Part shown: positions 22,984 to 33,002 of the stretch, one piece after another
Numbering within the stretch: position 1 is the stretch's first letter
Layout of the letters: each line of letters opens with the position of its first letter
Assembly (NCBI GenBank): GCA_963700635.1
Contig: CAVOYH010000002.1
Span: forward strand, 1-64,000
Direction: 5' to 3'
DNA: 64,000 nucleotides
Source: an uncultured Bacteroidota bacterium
GTDB taxonomy: Bacteria > Bacteroidota > Ignavibacteria > UBA10030 > UBA6906
Translations under genes and position numbers: made by a program
The notes under the pieces: model-generated
Told to the model about the DNA's origin: nothing
What the model saw: the letters and a program-made list of their open reading frames with translations, nothing else
Database searches by the model: none

Positions 22984-24195
22984 ATGCGCAAAGGGATGGA
23001 ACTCGAGGTCCCCAAGAAAACTGCAAAACCTGCTTCGATACTGATTGTTGATGACGAGGAAGGTGTTGTTACGGCCCTGCGAAGTATGTTCCGTCGTGAC
23101 GGCTACAGGCTTCATGTTTTCCTGAATGGCATACGAGCGCTTGAATTTCTTCACGAGGAAGATGTGGATATTATCATCTCCGATCTGCGCATGCCGATAC
23201 TCTCCGGGATAGAATTTCTCAACAAGGCAGGTGGATTGTGCCCCAGGGCAACACGAATTATGTTGAGTGGGTACGAGGACAAAACTGTCGTTCTCAATGC
23301 CCTTGCCAAGGGGTTGGCGCAACACTACGTGATGAAGCCCTGGGACGACCTCGAATTCAAGGCACTCATTGCACAGACGATTCAACAGATGCTGGGTGCC
23401 GGACACCAACAGATGAAGGAGATTTTTGGCGGACTGCAGACGCTTCCGTCTGCGCCCCGTCTACATAACGATCTGTCAGAGGTACTTGCACGGCGGGACG
23501 CCCCCGTGAAGGCAATCGTCGATGAGATCGCGAAAAGTCCTCCCGTAGTTGCCAAATTACTTCAGGTGGCAAATTCAGTCTACTATTCAGCCCGGGCACC
23601 GGTCGTTTCGATCCGCGAAGCAGTGCAGTTTATCGGAACTGAACACCTTGAGAATCTGGTGATGGGGATCGAGGCATTCCAAATCGTGGGCGCGTGTTCC
23701 GATCCCTGGGCGACAGATAAGGTTGATCAGCTCTGGCGCGAAGCCATCGCACGGGCTACCATAGCCAAAACGATCGCGGCACAGTGGCCGGACTTTCACG
23801 AGAAACATGCGGTCCATGTGGCAACTCTACTACAGGATATTGGTCTCGTCGTCCGGGTCTGTACGAGTCCGGATCGATATAAGAGTTTTCTGGAAATCCT
23901 GGAGGTCCCGGAGTCTGACGTGCTGGATGCGGACGGTCGTACATTCGGGATGACTCACGATGAAGTCGGGGCCATTCTGCTCCGGTACTGGAATCTGCCG
24001 GCCCACATTGTAGACGCGGTGGCGAAGCATCATGAATCCGACACCGGAAGTGAACTCATTACGATTATTCAGCTTGCGGATGTCCTTGCCGGGGGTGCAT
24101 ATGCCATAAAACCCTCGGCGGCACTTGAAGCCCTTGCTGCTAATTGGAAGAAAGTTTTACACAAGGAACCCCTCGATTCAGGGGCTCACACATGA
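22984..24195 (+). CDS. Response regulator with HDOD output domain
   Basis: VDDE..SDLRMP receiver; LPSAP, KLLQVANS, LLQDIG, THDEVGAILLRYWNLP. Confidence 0.88.
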   Translation: MRKGMELEVPKKTAKPASILIVDDEEGVVTALRSMFRRDGYRLHVFLNGIRALEFLHEEDVDIIISDLRMPILSGIEFLNKAGGLCPRATRIMLSGYEDKTVVLNALAKGLAQHYVMKPWDDLEFKALIAQTIQQMLGAGHQQMKEIFGGLQTLPSAPRLHNDLSEVLARRDAPVKAIVDEIAKSPPVVAKLLQVANSVYYSARAPVVSIREAVQFIGTEHLENLVMGIEAFQIVGACSDPWATDKVDQLWREAIARATIAKTIAAQWPDFHEKHAVHVATLLQDIGLVVRVCTSPDRYKSFLEILEVPESDVLDADGRTFGMTHDEVGAILLRYWNLPAHIVDAVAKHHESDTGSELITIIQLADVLAGGAYAIKPSAALEALAANWKKVLHKEPLDSGAHT

Positions 24196-25430
24196 ATGCG
24201 TTCGTGCCGAATAACCGCATCCTCTATGTGGATGACGAAGAGAATCTCCTCGCCGCATTCTCGTCGCTCTTGCGACGGGAACCGGTCGTTGTAACGACCC
24301 TGAACAGGCCAACGGAGATTGAGTCGGTGCTTCAGCGTGAGGGGCCTTTTGCGATGGTCCTCTCCGATCTTCGTATGCCCGGCATGGATGGCGTGGCTGT
24401 TCTGGAATGCATCGCCCGTACTCATGCAGATACGGTGCGTGTGCTCGTGACCGGATATGCCGACCATGACGATACCGTGCGTGCCATCAATGCCGGGGGA
24501 ATCAGGCACTACATCACCAAACCGTGGGATGATCAGGCCCTGCGCAAACTTGTGAAAGACGGGATCCAGTCTCACAATCTGGAACGCCAAAATGTGTGGC
24601 TTCTCGAAGAATTGAAGCAGAAGAATGATGCGATGAATGAATTGCTGCAGGGCACCCTTGCCGGAACAACTCGCATTCTGAGTGACCTGGTGGCGCATGT
24701 AAATCCTGAAGCAGCCGGCCAGGTGGACCGGATTCGGCGCGCAGGAAAGACGGTTCTTGAACTCCTCCCCAACGTTGGCGTTATCGAACGGTGGGAAGCC
24801 CTGAGGGCGTTTGATCTCTGTAATCTTGGTCTCGCAATCCTACCCACATGGATCCAGATAGCACTGACAAAGCATGGGCTGGCGAGTATCGACCGGATCC
24901 CACATGCGACCACCCATAACCTGCTGGCAGCAGACATGCTGAACAACATCCCACGATTCGAGGGTGTTGCCCGAATAATCCGGCTCCAATATAAACATTT
25001 TGACGGATCCGGGCAGCCAGCGGATGACGGGATCCAGGGAGCGGATATTCCGTTGGGGGCACGGATCCTCCACATCCTCATCGATCTCGACCGGAAGAGT
25101 ACGAAACAAACCAGGGGAAGGGCACTGCTGGAGCAGATGGCGCTGCATCCGGAAAAATATGACGTTTCGATCATTCGAACACTTCTGGAGGGCAAGACCC
25201 CGACGCCGTCATCTTCAGAGGAAACCCTCCATACCCTGGATGGGTTGCAGGTGGGGGCACTATTGATCGACGATATCGTTACGAATGATGGACAACTCCT
25301 TCTGCGCAAGGGGATGACAATTTCAGACGGCTCTCTCGTCATGATCCGTCAATGGTCCCGGCACGACTCAGTTGTCCTGCCGATCCGGATACAAATCGAG
25401 CAGCACGATGTCCGGCAAGAACCATCATAG
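24192..25430 (+). CDS. Response regulator with degenerate HD-GYP-like domain
   Basis: VDDE..SDLRMPGMDG receiver; LCNLG in place of HDIG, HFDGSGQP, IPLGARIL. Confidence 0.8.
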   Translation: MNAFVPNNRILYVDDEENLLAAFSSLLRREPVVVTTLNRPTEIESVLQREGPFAMVLSDLRMPGMDGVAVLECIARTHADTVRVLVTGYADHDDTVRAINAGGIRHYITKPWDDQALRKLVKDGIQSHNLERQNVWLLEELKQKNDAMNELLQGTLAGTTRILSDLVAHVNPEAAGQVDRIRRAGKTVLELLPNVGVIERWEALRAFDLCNLGLAILPTWIQIALTKHGLASIDRIPHATTHNLLAADMLNNIPRFEGVARIIRLQYKHFDGSGQPADDGIQGADIPLGARILHILIDLDRKSTKQTRGRALLEQMALHPEKYDVSIIRTLLEGKTPTPSSSEETLHTLDGLQVGALLIDDIVTNDGQLLLRKGMTISDGSLVMIRQWSRHDSVVLPIRIQIEQHDVRQEPS

Positions 25431-25529
25431 TACAACGAGGAGATGGTGTGTTGGCCATCTCCTCGCTTTTTACACACGTTGCATCAACAAAGAGCATGCA
25501 GCTTTCAGTATCCGCCGCGCGATTGGCGC

Positions 25530-26813
25530 CTAGGGCGCGGTTGTGAAGGTTCTGTTGCCTGAGAATGCACGCCACCCCTCCACTGTCAACACCCCGACCA
25601 GACCATCCGGCCCAGTAGCCGCATTCATGTCCGCTAACGGTCCGAAAGAGAGTATCGACCAGGTATAGGTCTTGCCTGCACCCAGACCCAATCCCTGTGC
25701 CGACAGGTCAGGTACCTGTCCGGTCGGCGACGTGGTTACGACGAAGTAATCCGGCTCGCCTGCCGGACCATTCAGACTCAGCACATATACGCCGCCGGGA
25801 ACCGGTGTCCAGGAAAACGGGGAAGCGGTAGTGACTCCTGTGGCTGCGTCCACAGGAAGGCTGGGTTGGGGGGGGGTCACCAGGACCAGCGGCACATTGC
25901 TCAACCCGGGGGTCGTGCGGAGTACGGTGGATGTGTTACCGAGAGAAGCTGATGACCCGAAACCTGAGAGGATAATCGTTGCGCCCGTTATAGCAGGGAC
26001 GTTGAAGCTGAACGAAGTTGAAGCTGTTAGGTCACTGCCCAATGACGTCGAGCCGAGCCGGTTAAATGACAGCTCGATTGTTTTGCTGTTGAGTGTCAGA
26101 CCGGCAGGCACTGTAACCGTTCCGGACACAGTGGATCCGGTCGCAGCAGCGAGTGTCACGTTCTGTGCCCCGAACGTCCCGCCGCCGGTGAGTGCGACAT
26201 TTGCCTTGGTTCCGTATCCCTTATAGGTGAGGGGCAAGCCAGACGCGTTCGTTTCCCATTGGAGCGCGTGAAGCGTTCCTGTGATGGTTGCTGCACCTAT
26301 CCATGCCGGGTTCAATGTATACGCTCCGGTGGTCCCGCTCGGGGACGAGGATCGGAACACTTCCGGGGATACGAACATTACCCTGCTGGTATGGTTTGCA
26401 GGCAGCGGGTAACCCGCGCCTCCGGAGACCGTTCCGCTGACCGTTGCGCTGTTCGGTGTTGTTAATGCAGCACCGGTGAAGTAGATAACCGGATCCGTGC
26501 GGGTGATTCCCTTGTATGTAATGGCCATCTTGGTGGCGCTGAATATGGCGGTCACGTCATACGGAGTTGCAACGCCGGTGACGGTAAAGTTGCCATTGGC
26601 GTCTGTGGTTGTCGCCGGACGCCCCGAGACCACGACCGGTGTGTTGGGGATGGGCTGGCTCGAAGCATCAATGACTTTCCCGGTGACGGTGATCACTCCG
26701 GATGCGGATGAGGTCGAATCGGAGTCACTCTTGCAGCCGACAAAGGCCACCATTACCAGAAGAAATGCTGCCACATTACTAAGCAGCGAAGCAGGACGAT
26801 TGAGCATGTTCAT
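25530..26813 (-). CDS. Ser/Thr/Gly-rich lipoprotein with carboxypeptidase-regulatory-like N-domain, paralog 1
   Basis: Lipobox FVGC followed by KSDSDS; ITVTGKVID..TTTDANGNFTV; ends RTFTTAP. Confidence 0.8.
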   Translation of the reverse strand: MNMLNRPASLLSNVAAFLLVMVAFVGCKSDSDSTSSASGVITVTGKVIDASSQPIPNTPVVVSGRPATTTDANGNFTVTGVATPYDVTAIFSATKMAITYKGITRTDPVIYFTGAALTTPNSATVSGTVSGGAGYPLPANHTSRVMFVSPEVFRSSSPSGTTGAYTLNPAWIGAATITGTLHALQWETNASGLPLTYKGYGTKANVALTGGGTFGAQNVTLAAATGSTVSGTVTVPAGLTLNSKTIELSFNRLGSTSLGSDLTASTSFSFNVPAITGATIILSGFGSSASLGNTSTVLRTTPGLSNVPLVLVTPPQPSLPVDAATGVTTASPFSWTPVPGGVYVLSLNGPAGEPDYFVVTTSPTGQVPDLSAQGLGLGAGKTYTWSILSFGPLADMNAATGPDGLVGVLTVEGWRAFSGNRTFTTAP

Positions 26814-26872
26814 CAGACCTTGAGGATTGTTTGAGGATATGTTATGAATTATTGAGTCGTTTGAATTTCATC

Positions 26873-28150
26873 CTATGGTGCGGTTGTAAATGTACGGCTG
26901 GAGGAAACTGCGTTTAGTGCGTCTCCTTGTTGCAAATAACCGCTCGGGCCTGCCGCAGCATTGATATTCGCGAATGGTCCGGCGGCATAAACATTCCATG
27001 AGTAGGTGGCGCCTGCGGGTAATCCCAAACCCAGGGCGTTCAGATCCGGAATTGTTGCGGTTGGTGAGTCGGTGACGACAAGATAATCCGGTTCGTCGGC
27101 GTGTCCGGTGAGGGTCATCAGGTATATCGTAGATGCTACCGGTGTCCAGGAGAATGGGGTCGTGACGCTGACACCCGTCGCCGCCTCCACGGGGAGGCTA
27201 AGCGCGGGAGGCGTGGGGATGGTAAGTGCGATACCGCTTGTTCCGGGAGCTATTCCGGTTTTGATGACGTTGCCCCTTGCTCCGCCGCTAGATGCCGCCA
27301 CTATGACCGAGAGTGTCGTTCCGGTAACAACAGGAACCGCGTAGGTGAATGTCGTCGCGGTTCCGCCTTCCCCTCCGAGGATCATCGTCCCGATTGTTGG
27401 CCATTGCAGATTAAGTGTCTTGCCTGAGAGAGAAAGGGTGGCGGGTACTATGATGCTTCCCGAAATGGTCTGTGCGCTGACTGCGGTCATCGCTATGTTC
27501 TGTCCGGCAAACGTCCCGCCCGCTGTGACCGATACGCCCGTCTTTTCACCATAGCCGTGGAATGCAACCGGCATACCGGATGGATTTATGTCCCATTGCA
27601 TCGCATGCAGGGAGACGGTGATCGTACCCGCGCCATCCCAATTTATGATTCTCGAGTAGGCACCGGTGGTAGAACTCGGCGTTTGCGAAAAACTCCCCTC
27701 AGTCGATTTGATAAGAACGCTGCTGGTCCTGAGAACAGGTTGGGGATATCCGGCGCCACCAGACACTGTTCCGCTTATGGTCGCGGAATTAGCCGATGGG
27801 GCTGAAGACAAGAAATTGACGAGGGTTGGATCCTGACGGCTCAGGCCCCGGTAGGTGATGCCAAGTTTTGTGGCGCTTACAGCGACGGTGACATCGTACG
27901 GGACCCCGACGCCGGTGACGGTGAACACCCCATTGGCGTCTGTAGTAGTGGTTGGCCGGCCGGTGATCACGACGGGGGAATTTGCAAGGGGTTGCTGGCT
28001 TGCGGTGATGACCTTCCCCGTTACAGTGATCGTTGTAGGGGCGCTGGTGGATGAATCGGAGTCGCTCTTACAGCCGGTAAAGGCCACCACAAACAGGAGA
28101 ACCGTTGCCACACCACTCAACAGCGAAGCGGGACAATTGAGCATGTTCAT
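26873..28150 (-). CDS. Lipoprotein paralog 2
   Basis: MNMLN start as in paralog 1, lipobox FTGC-KSDSDS, ends RTFTTAP. Confidence 0.8.
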   Translation of the reverse strand: MNMLNCPASLLSGVATVLLFVVAFTGCKSDSDSSTSAPTTITVTGKVITASQQPLANSPVVITGRPTTTTDANGVFTVTGVGVPYDVTVAVSATKLGITYRGLSRQDPTLVNFLSSAPSANSATISGTVSGGAGYPQPVLRTSSVLIKSTEGSFSQTPSSTTGAYSRIINWDGAGTITVSLHAMQWDINPSGMPVAFHGYGEKTGVSVTAGGTFAGQNIAMTAVSAQTISGSIIVPATLSLSGKTLNLQWPTIGTMILGGEGGTATTFTYAVPVVTGTTLSVIVAASSGGARGNVIKTGIAPGTSGIALTIPTPPALSLPVEAATGVSVTTPFSWTPVASTIYLMTLTGHADEPDYLVVTDSPTATIPDLNALGLGLPAGATYSWNVYAAGPFANINAAAGPSGYLQQGDALNAVSSSRTFTTAP

Positions 28151-28209
28151 CAAGCCTTGAGGATCGACTGAGGGAATGTTATGGTTGATTGAGTCGTTTG
28201 TTTTTCCTC

Positions 28210-29484
28210 TTACGGTGCAGTTGTAAATGTACGGCTGGAGGAGGATGCGCTCGCTGCGTCTCCCTGTGGTATAAAACCGGTCGGGCCTGCCGCAGCATCG
28301 ATGTTCGCGAATGGTCCGAAGGCATAGACAGTCCATGTGTATGCGAGGCCTGCTGGTAAGCCTAAACCCAGGGTATTCAGGTCCGGAATCGTTGCGGTTG
28401 GGGACCCGGTGACGACAACATAATCCGGCTGGTTGGCCGGTCCGCTGACCAGCAACAGATATATTGTCGATGCAACCGGACTCCAGGAAAATGGGGTCGT
28501 GATGCCGACACCCGTCGCCGCCTCCACGGGGAGGCTAAGTGCGGGAGGAGTGGGGATGGTAAGTGCGATACCGCTCGTTCCGGGAGCCAATCCGGTTTTT
28601 GTGACGATGCTGAGTGCTCCGCCTCCCGTTGCCGACATCGAGACCGAGAGCGTTGTTCCGGTAACTACGGGAACCGCGTAGGTGAATGTTGTCGCGGTCC
28701 CGCCCTCCGATCCGAGAAACATCGAACCTTTTGTCGGCCATCGCAGAGACAGGGACTTGCCTGAGAGGGAAAGAGTGGCGGGTACTACGATGCTTCCTGA
28801 AATGGTCTGCGAGCTGACTGCGGTCATCGCAATATTCTGTCCGGCAAACGTCCCGCCCGCCGTGACCGATACGCCCGCCTTTTCACCATAGCCGTTGAAT
28901 GCAATCGGCATACCGGAAGGATTCACGTCCCATTGCAGCGCATGCAGGGAAACGGTGATCGTTGTTGCGCCATCCCAATTAGCGATCCTCGTGTAGGCGC
29001 CGGTGCCAGAATTCGGCGTCGCGGAAGCGCTTACCTCAGTCGAATTGACGAGAACGCTGCTGGTTCTGGTAGCGGGTTGGGGATATCCGGCGCCACCGGA
29101 CACTGTTCCGCTGACTGTTGCGGAATTTACCGATGGGGCTGAAGACAAGAAATTGATGAGGGTTGGATCCTGACGGCTCAGGCCACGGTAGGTGATGCCA
29201 AGTTTTGTGGCGCTCACAGCGACGGTAACATCGTACGGGACCCCGACGCCGGTGACGGTGAACGCTCCATTGGCGTCCGTAGTAGTGGCTGGCCGGCCGG
29301 TGATCACGACGGGGGAATTTGCCAGGGGTTGCTGGTTTGCGGTGATGACCTTCCCTGTGACAGTGATCGTTGTAGGGGCGCCGGTGGATGAATCGGAATC
29401 GCTCTTACAACCCGGAAGCGCGGTGAAACAAAGTGCCACCGTTCCGAGAAACAGGGAGAGATGCCCGAGACGTGTGGGGGACAT
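28210..29484 (-). CDS. Lipoprotein paralog 3
   Basis: Lipobox LPGC-KSDSDS; mature part colinear with and highly similar to paralog 2. Confidence 0.8.
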   Translation of the reverse strand: MSPTRLGHLSLFLGTVALCFTALPGCKSDSDSSTGAPTTITVTGKVITANQQPLANSPVVITGRPATTTDANGAFTVTGVGVPYDVTVAVSATKLGITYRGLSRQDPTLINFLSSAPSVNSATVSGTVSGGAGYPQPATRTSSVLVNSTEVSASATPNSGTGAYTRIANWDGATTITVSLHALQWDVNPSGMPIAFNGYGEKAGVSVTAGGTFAGQNIAMTAVSSQTISGSIVVPATLSLSGKSLSLRWPTKGSMFLGSEGGTATTFTYAVPVVTGTTLSVSMSATGGGALSIVTKTGLAPGTSGIALTIPTPPALSLPVEAATGVGITTPFSWSPVASTIYLLLVSGPANQPDYVVVTGSPTATIPDLNTLGLGLPAGLAYTWTVYAFGPFANIDAAAGPTGFIPQGDAASASSSSRTFTTAP

Positions 29485-29615
29485 GAGGAGCCTCGTGTTG
29501 AGTGGAACAATTGGCGACCGTTGTTTCGGGTCGGCCCGTACGTGAAAGAACAGCCACAATAAGATGGGCTAATACTACCAACTTTTTTGCACAGTGTCAA
29601 TTAGGTTTTGCACCT

Positions 29616-30194
29616 CTAGTGTGATACGCCTCTGTATGCCAGCAGATAGACAATAACGGATATCCCTGCCAGAAGGGCCAGCGTTCCGAGACCGTACCAG
29701 GCCCATTTTACATGGATAGATTTGGCGACCTCCTGGTAGCACTTTGAGTACGATAGTGCGTAGTCGGCGTTTTTCCCTTTGAGATTCGCCTCCGGCACAG
29801 ACGGGTTGATCAGGTAAGCCAGGAGAGGGCCCCAGAGGGAAAGGATCAGGCCCATGAAGAACCATAGGGTTCCGTCAGTTTCCCATTGGGCGTCGGATCG
29901 TCCGTCATCGCAGGCTTCTGATCTGGCGACCGGCAGGAAGCGCTCAGCAGGGAAATCCGCGAGATACTCCCGACCGAAAAGATCAAGCGTTATGGAATAT
30001 GAGGAAACGTGGTATTTTGAGGGGTCCGCGGCCGCTGATAAGGTGGTGGCGTGCACGCTGTCACGTGACGCGGCCTGGTGTTGAATGTCAGCGAGGAGGG
30101 GTGAAACCGGTACAAGAAAGGAGAGAAACAGGATGAACGAAGTGCGCAATCCCCTCGGCCCAAACAGCTCCATCCCTTCAGATGAAGGATTCAT
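29616..30194 (-). CDS. Hypothetical membrane protein
   Basis: 192-aa ORF with signal-like N-terminus and two hydrophobic segments. Confidence 0.55.
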   Translation of the reverse strand: MNPSSEGMELFGPRGLRTSFILFLSFLVPVSPLLADIQHQAASRDSVHATTLSAAADPSKYHVSSYSITLDLFGREYLADFPAERFLPVARSEACDDGRSDAQWETDGTLWFFMGLILSLWGPLLAYLINPSVPEANLKGKNADYALSYSKCYQEVAKSIHVKWAWYGLGTLALLAGISVIVYLLAYRGVSH

Positions 30195-30557
30195 GGCCGT
30201 TGCCTTTTAGATATGGTGAGAGCACCCAAAATTTACGCGAAAGAATGAGAACTGTCAAGGCGGGCGAACGTGTGACGAAGAAGATGTGTTGTTGGTTCGG
30301 GAGTCCGCGCGGAGGAGTTGAAGGGAAAGAATTGGGAATTTTCACCGCCCCGGTAGTTAGAATTGAAATTGATTGTACAGTTCGTTATCATTCCTCCGTT
30401 TATCGGTTGTCCTACCCTCCGGACCCGGTGTGTGTGCGCCGCAATGGAACACGATGTGCACGCAGAGTATCCAACAATCGCTCTGCGTACAATGTTGCTT
30501 CAGAACACCCTATATCAGGTGGCAGTGAGGAGTACCCGGTTCACCTAGGAGAATGTT

Positions 30558-31202
30558 ATGTCAAAGTTGCGCGTCGCGAGTTTCTCTATTTCCATTGATG
30601 GTTTTGGTGCAGGGCCCGATCAGAGTCTTGAGAATCCACTTGGTATCGGCGGAATGGGACTGCACAAATGGGTATTAGCCACAAAGACTTTCAAGAAGAT
30701 GTTCGGCGAAGCAGGTGGATCCACGGGGATTGACAATGACTTTGCCACACGTGGGTTCCATGGGATAGGCGCCTGGATCTTGGGGCGGAACATGTTTGGA
30801 CCGATCCGAGGTCCGTGGCCAAACGAGGATTGGAAAGGGTGGTGGGGAGATAATCCGCCGTATCACACCGATGTCTTCGTCCTGACCCATCATGCTCGAG
30901 AGCCGATTACGATGGCAGGAGGGACAACCTTCCACTTCGTCACAGACGGGATCAAGATCGCACTCCAACGCGCAATTGAATCAGCGAAAGGCCAGGATGT
31001 GCGACTCGGAGGTGGTCTTGACACGATAAGGCAATACCTGCGTGCGGCACTGGTAGACGAGATGCACATCGCCATATCACCGGTATTGCTCGGCACCGGC
31101 GAACATCTCTTTGGCGGCATTGATCTGCCATTGCTTGGCTACAAATGCATCGAGCATGTCGCAACAGAGAATACAACACACATCGTGCTCAGCAGGGTGT
31201 AG
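30558..31202 (+). CDS. Dihydrofolate reductase / RibD C-terminal family protein
   Basis: SISIDGFGAGP, ILGRNMFGP, GWWGDNPPYH, DVRLGGG, SPVLLGTGE; RBS AGGAG. Confidence 0.88.
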   Translation: MSKLRVASFSISIDGFGAGPDQSLENPLGIGGMGLHKWVLATKTFKKMFGEAGGSTGIDNDFATRGFHGIGAWILGRNMFGPIRGPWPNEDWKGWWGDNPPYHTDVFVLTHHAREPITMAGGTTFHFVTDGIKIALQRAIESAKGQDVRLGGGLDTIRQYLRAALVDEMHIAISPVLLGTGEHLFGGIDLPLLGYKCIEHVATENTTHIVLSRV

Positions 31203-31359
31203 TCTTCTGGCTTCGCTGCTACGGAGCCCATCGTTCTACCCGTCCCGCATGAAGAGGCAGAATACTCCATCGTAGATTTCTGTCGCAGTCGCAGATCTCG
31301 CTGTCACACGTACCACCAAAGTCTTTATAACATCCAGTAATCATCCTATCGCACCCGCA

Positions 31360-32412
31360 ATGGTCATGGACGTCAAATCCTTTTGTATTGACTTCAACTG
31401 GGAGCCAGGCACACCGAAAGAGTTAGCCAGGCCCGGAACCTGGGCCGATGCTGACCCAGTAAAACATGTGGCCTGGTACAAAGCCATGGGTGCCAATGTT
31501 ATACAGACTTTCTGCGTTTCGTGCAATGGTTATGCCTGGTATAAGTGCGGCGCCGTGATAGAGCAGCCGGGGCTGAAGTTCGATTTCCTGCCCGACGTCG
31601 TGAAGCTCGGTCACCAGGAAGGTATGCTGGTAATGGGCTATTTTTGCATCGGTGCCAACACCAGGTGGGGAGAGGAACACCCCGACCTGAGCTACGGGAT
31701 CCCGTGCGGCTATCATATCCCATACACCGATGAGTATCTCTCCTACCTGGCCGCCGCCATTGGCGACGCGGTGCGGAGGACCGGTATTGACGGGTTCATG
31801 ATTGACTGGCTCTGGCAGCCGGTGCGGAGTTGGACGGGGGGCAAGTGGCTGGAGTGTGAGAAGGAATTGTATGCTAAGCTCATGGGAGAGTCTTTCCCGG
31901 GAGAAGACACAATGTCCGAGGGGCAGGAAGTCGGATTTAGCCGTAAGGCGATCGACCGGTGCTGGGAGACAATCCACAAGGCGGCAAAAGATGCGAATCC
32001 GAACGTCATCATCTGGCTGACCAGCAATAATCCGACCCACCCCCATGTCGTAAATTCGAAGATGTATCAGGAAGTGGATTGGCTGATGAATGAGGGCGGC
32101 GATCTGGAGCGTATCAACGCTATAAGACCCATGGTCGGCAAAGACACCCGGCTCATCACCTGCCTGGCCAGCTGGAACGAACAGGATGCCACCAAGGTCG
32201 TGCCGGCAGCCCTGCAGGCAGGCATCGGACTTTACGGCTTCGCCACACCTGGAGGGAATTCCCTATTTCCTCTTGAACCGTTATTGGTACGTCCCGTGAG
32301 CGATCTGACGGGTGACGACCGGAACATCGCTGTCCTTGCACGCGTGTATCACGGTGTTTCCATTGAGGCAGTCAGGGACGATTACGGCGAGTTCGTTGAG
32401 CCGAGGAAGTAG
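31360..32412 (+). CDS. Hypothetical glycoside-hydrolase-like TIM-barrel protein
   Basis: FCIDFNW, GANVIQTFCVS.NGYAWY, GIDGFMIDW resemble GH barrel motifs; no signal peptide. Confidence 0.5.
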   Translation: MVMDVKSFCIDFNWEPGTPKELARPGTWADADPVKHVAWYKAMGANVIQTFCVSCNGYAWYKCGAVIEQPGLKFDFLPDVVKLGHQEGMLVMGYFCIGANTRWGEEHPDLSYGIPCGYHIPYTDEYLSYLAAAIGDAVRRTGIDGFMIDWLWQPVRSWTGGKWLECEKELYAKLMGESFPGEDTMSEGQEVGFSRKAIDRCWETIHKAAKDANPNVIIWLTSNNPTHPHVVNSKMYQEVDWLMNEGGDLERINAIRPMVGKDTRLITCLASWNEQDATKVVPAALQAGIGLYGFATPGGNSLFPLEPLLVRPVSDLTGDDRNIAVLARVYHGVSIEAVRDDYGEFVEPRK

Positions 32413-32484
32413 GGTTGCCCGACTAAGCGTCGCACCAGGGCGTCTCGTGTCTGCCTTCGTTGATCACAATAGCAGGAGACTTGC

Positions 32485-32772
32485 ATGTTGAGCGTAGTGA
32501 AGCAGATTGAATCTGCTCGATTGGTCTGTCCGGTGACATATCAGCCATTGGTCATTCGAGGTGACCGGTTGGAATCGAGGGACAGGTTACATCGGTACCC
32601 ATTTGTGAACGGTGTTCCCATTCTGTTCGCTGATATTCAGATGCAGAGGGAGTATCTCGAACAGGAGGGGGGTGGAATGAATCGTGAGTATCTGGCACCG
32701 CCGGCGCCGAATCGTGCGAAGTTATTCACGCGGTCAAGGCAGATGAGCAGGAGTTGTGAGGAGCACACGTGA
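32485..32772 (+). pseudogene. Truncated Trm112-like N-terminus (probably of a methyltransferase)
   Basis: LVCPVTYQPL..YPFVNGVPIL with RBS AGGAG; loses coherence after ~75 aa. Confidence 0.55.
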
Positions 32773-32948
32773 CGCTCGCAGTCTTCAACGCGCTTGGGCA
32801 GGAGGTGGCCAAGTTGGCAAACGGAGAGATGGATGCGGGGTATCACGAGGTGGAGTTTGATGGAAGAGGTCTTTCGAGTGGCGTGTACTTGTACAGGTTG
32901 CAGGCGAGATCGTACGTGGAGACCAAACAATTTCTGCTCTTGCGGTGA
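32763..32948 (+). pseudogene. Orphan T9SS type A C-terminal sorting-domain remnant
   Basis: Translates AHVTLAVFNALGQEVAKLANGEMDAGYHEVEFDGRGLSSGVYLYRLQARSYVETKQFLLLR*; in-frame stop at 32757-32759 upstream. Confidence 0.85.
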
Positions 32949-33002
32949 GGATTGCGGTGCACTACGTGGCCAGTCAACAAGATTCTAAGGAGAATACGAT
33001 CC

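Noticed and set aside
25530-29484. Lipoprotein paralogs as a DGR template/variable repeat pair
   Set aside because: All three are full ORFs, differences are spread along the genes and not obviously adenine-restricted, and no RT is nearby.
30455-32440. Extra attC-like left halves near 30469 (ATCCAAC) and 32417 (GCCCGAC)
   Set aside because: No matching right arm or GTTRRRY at a suitable distance.
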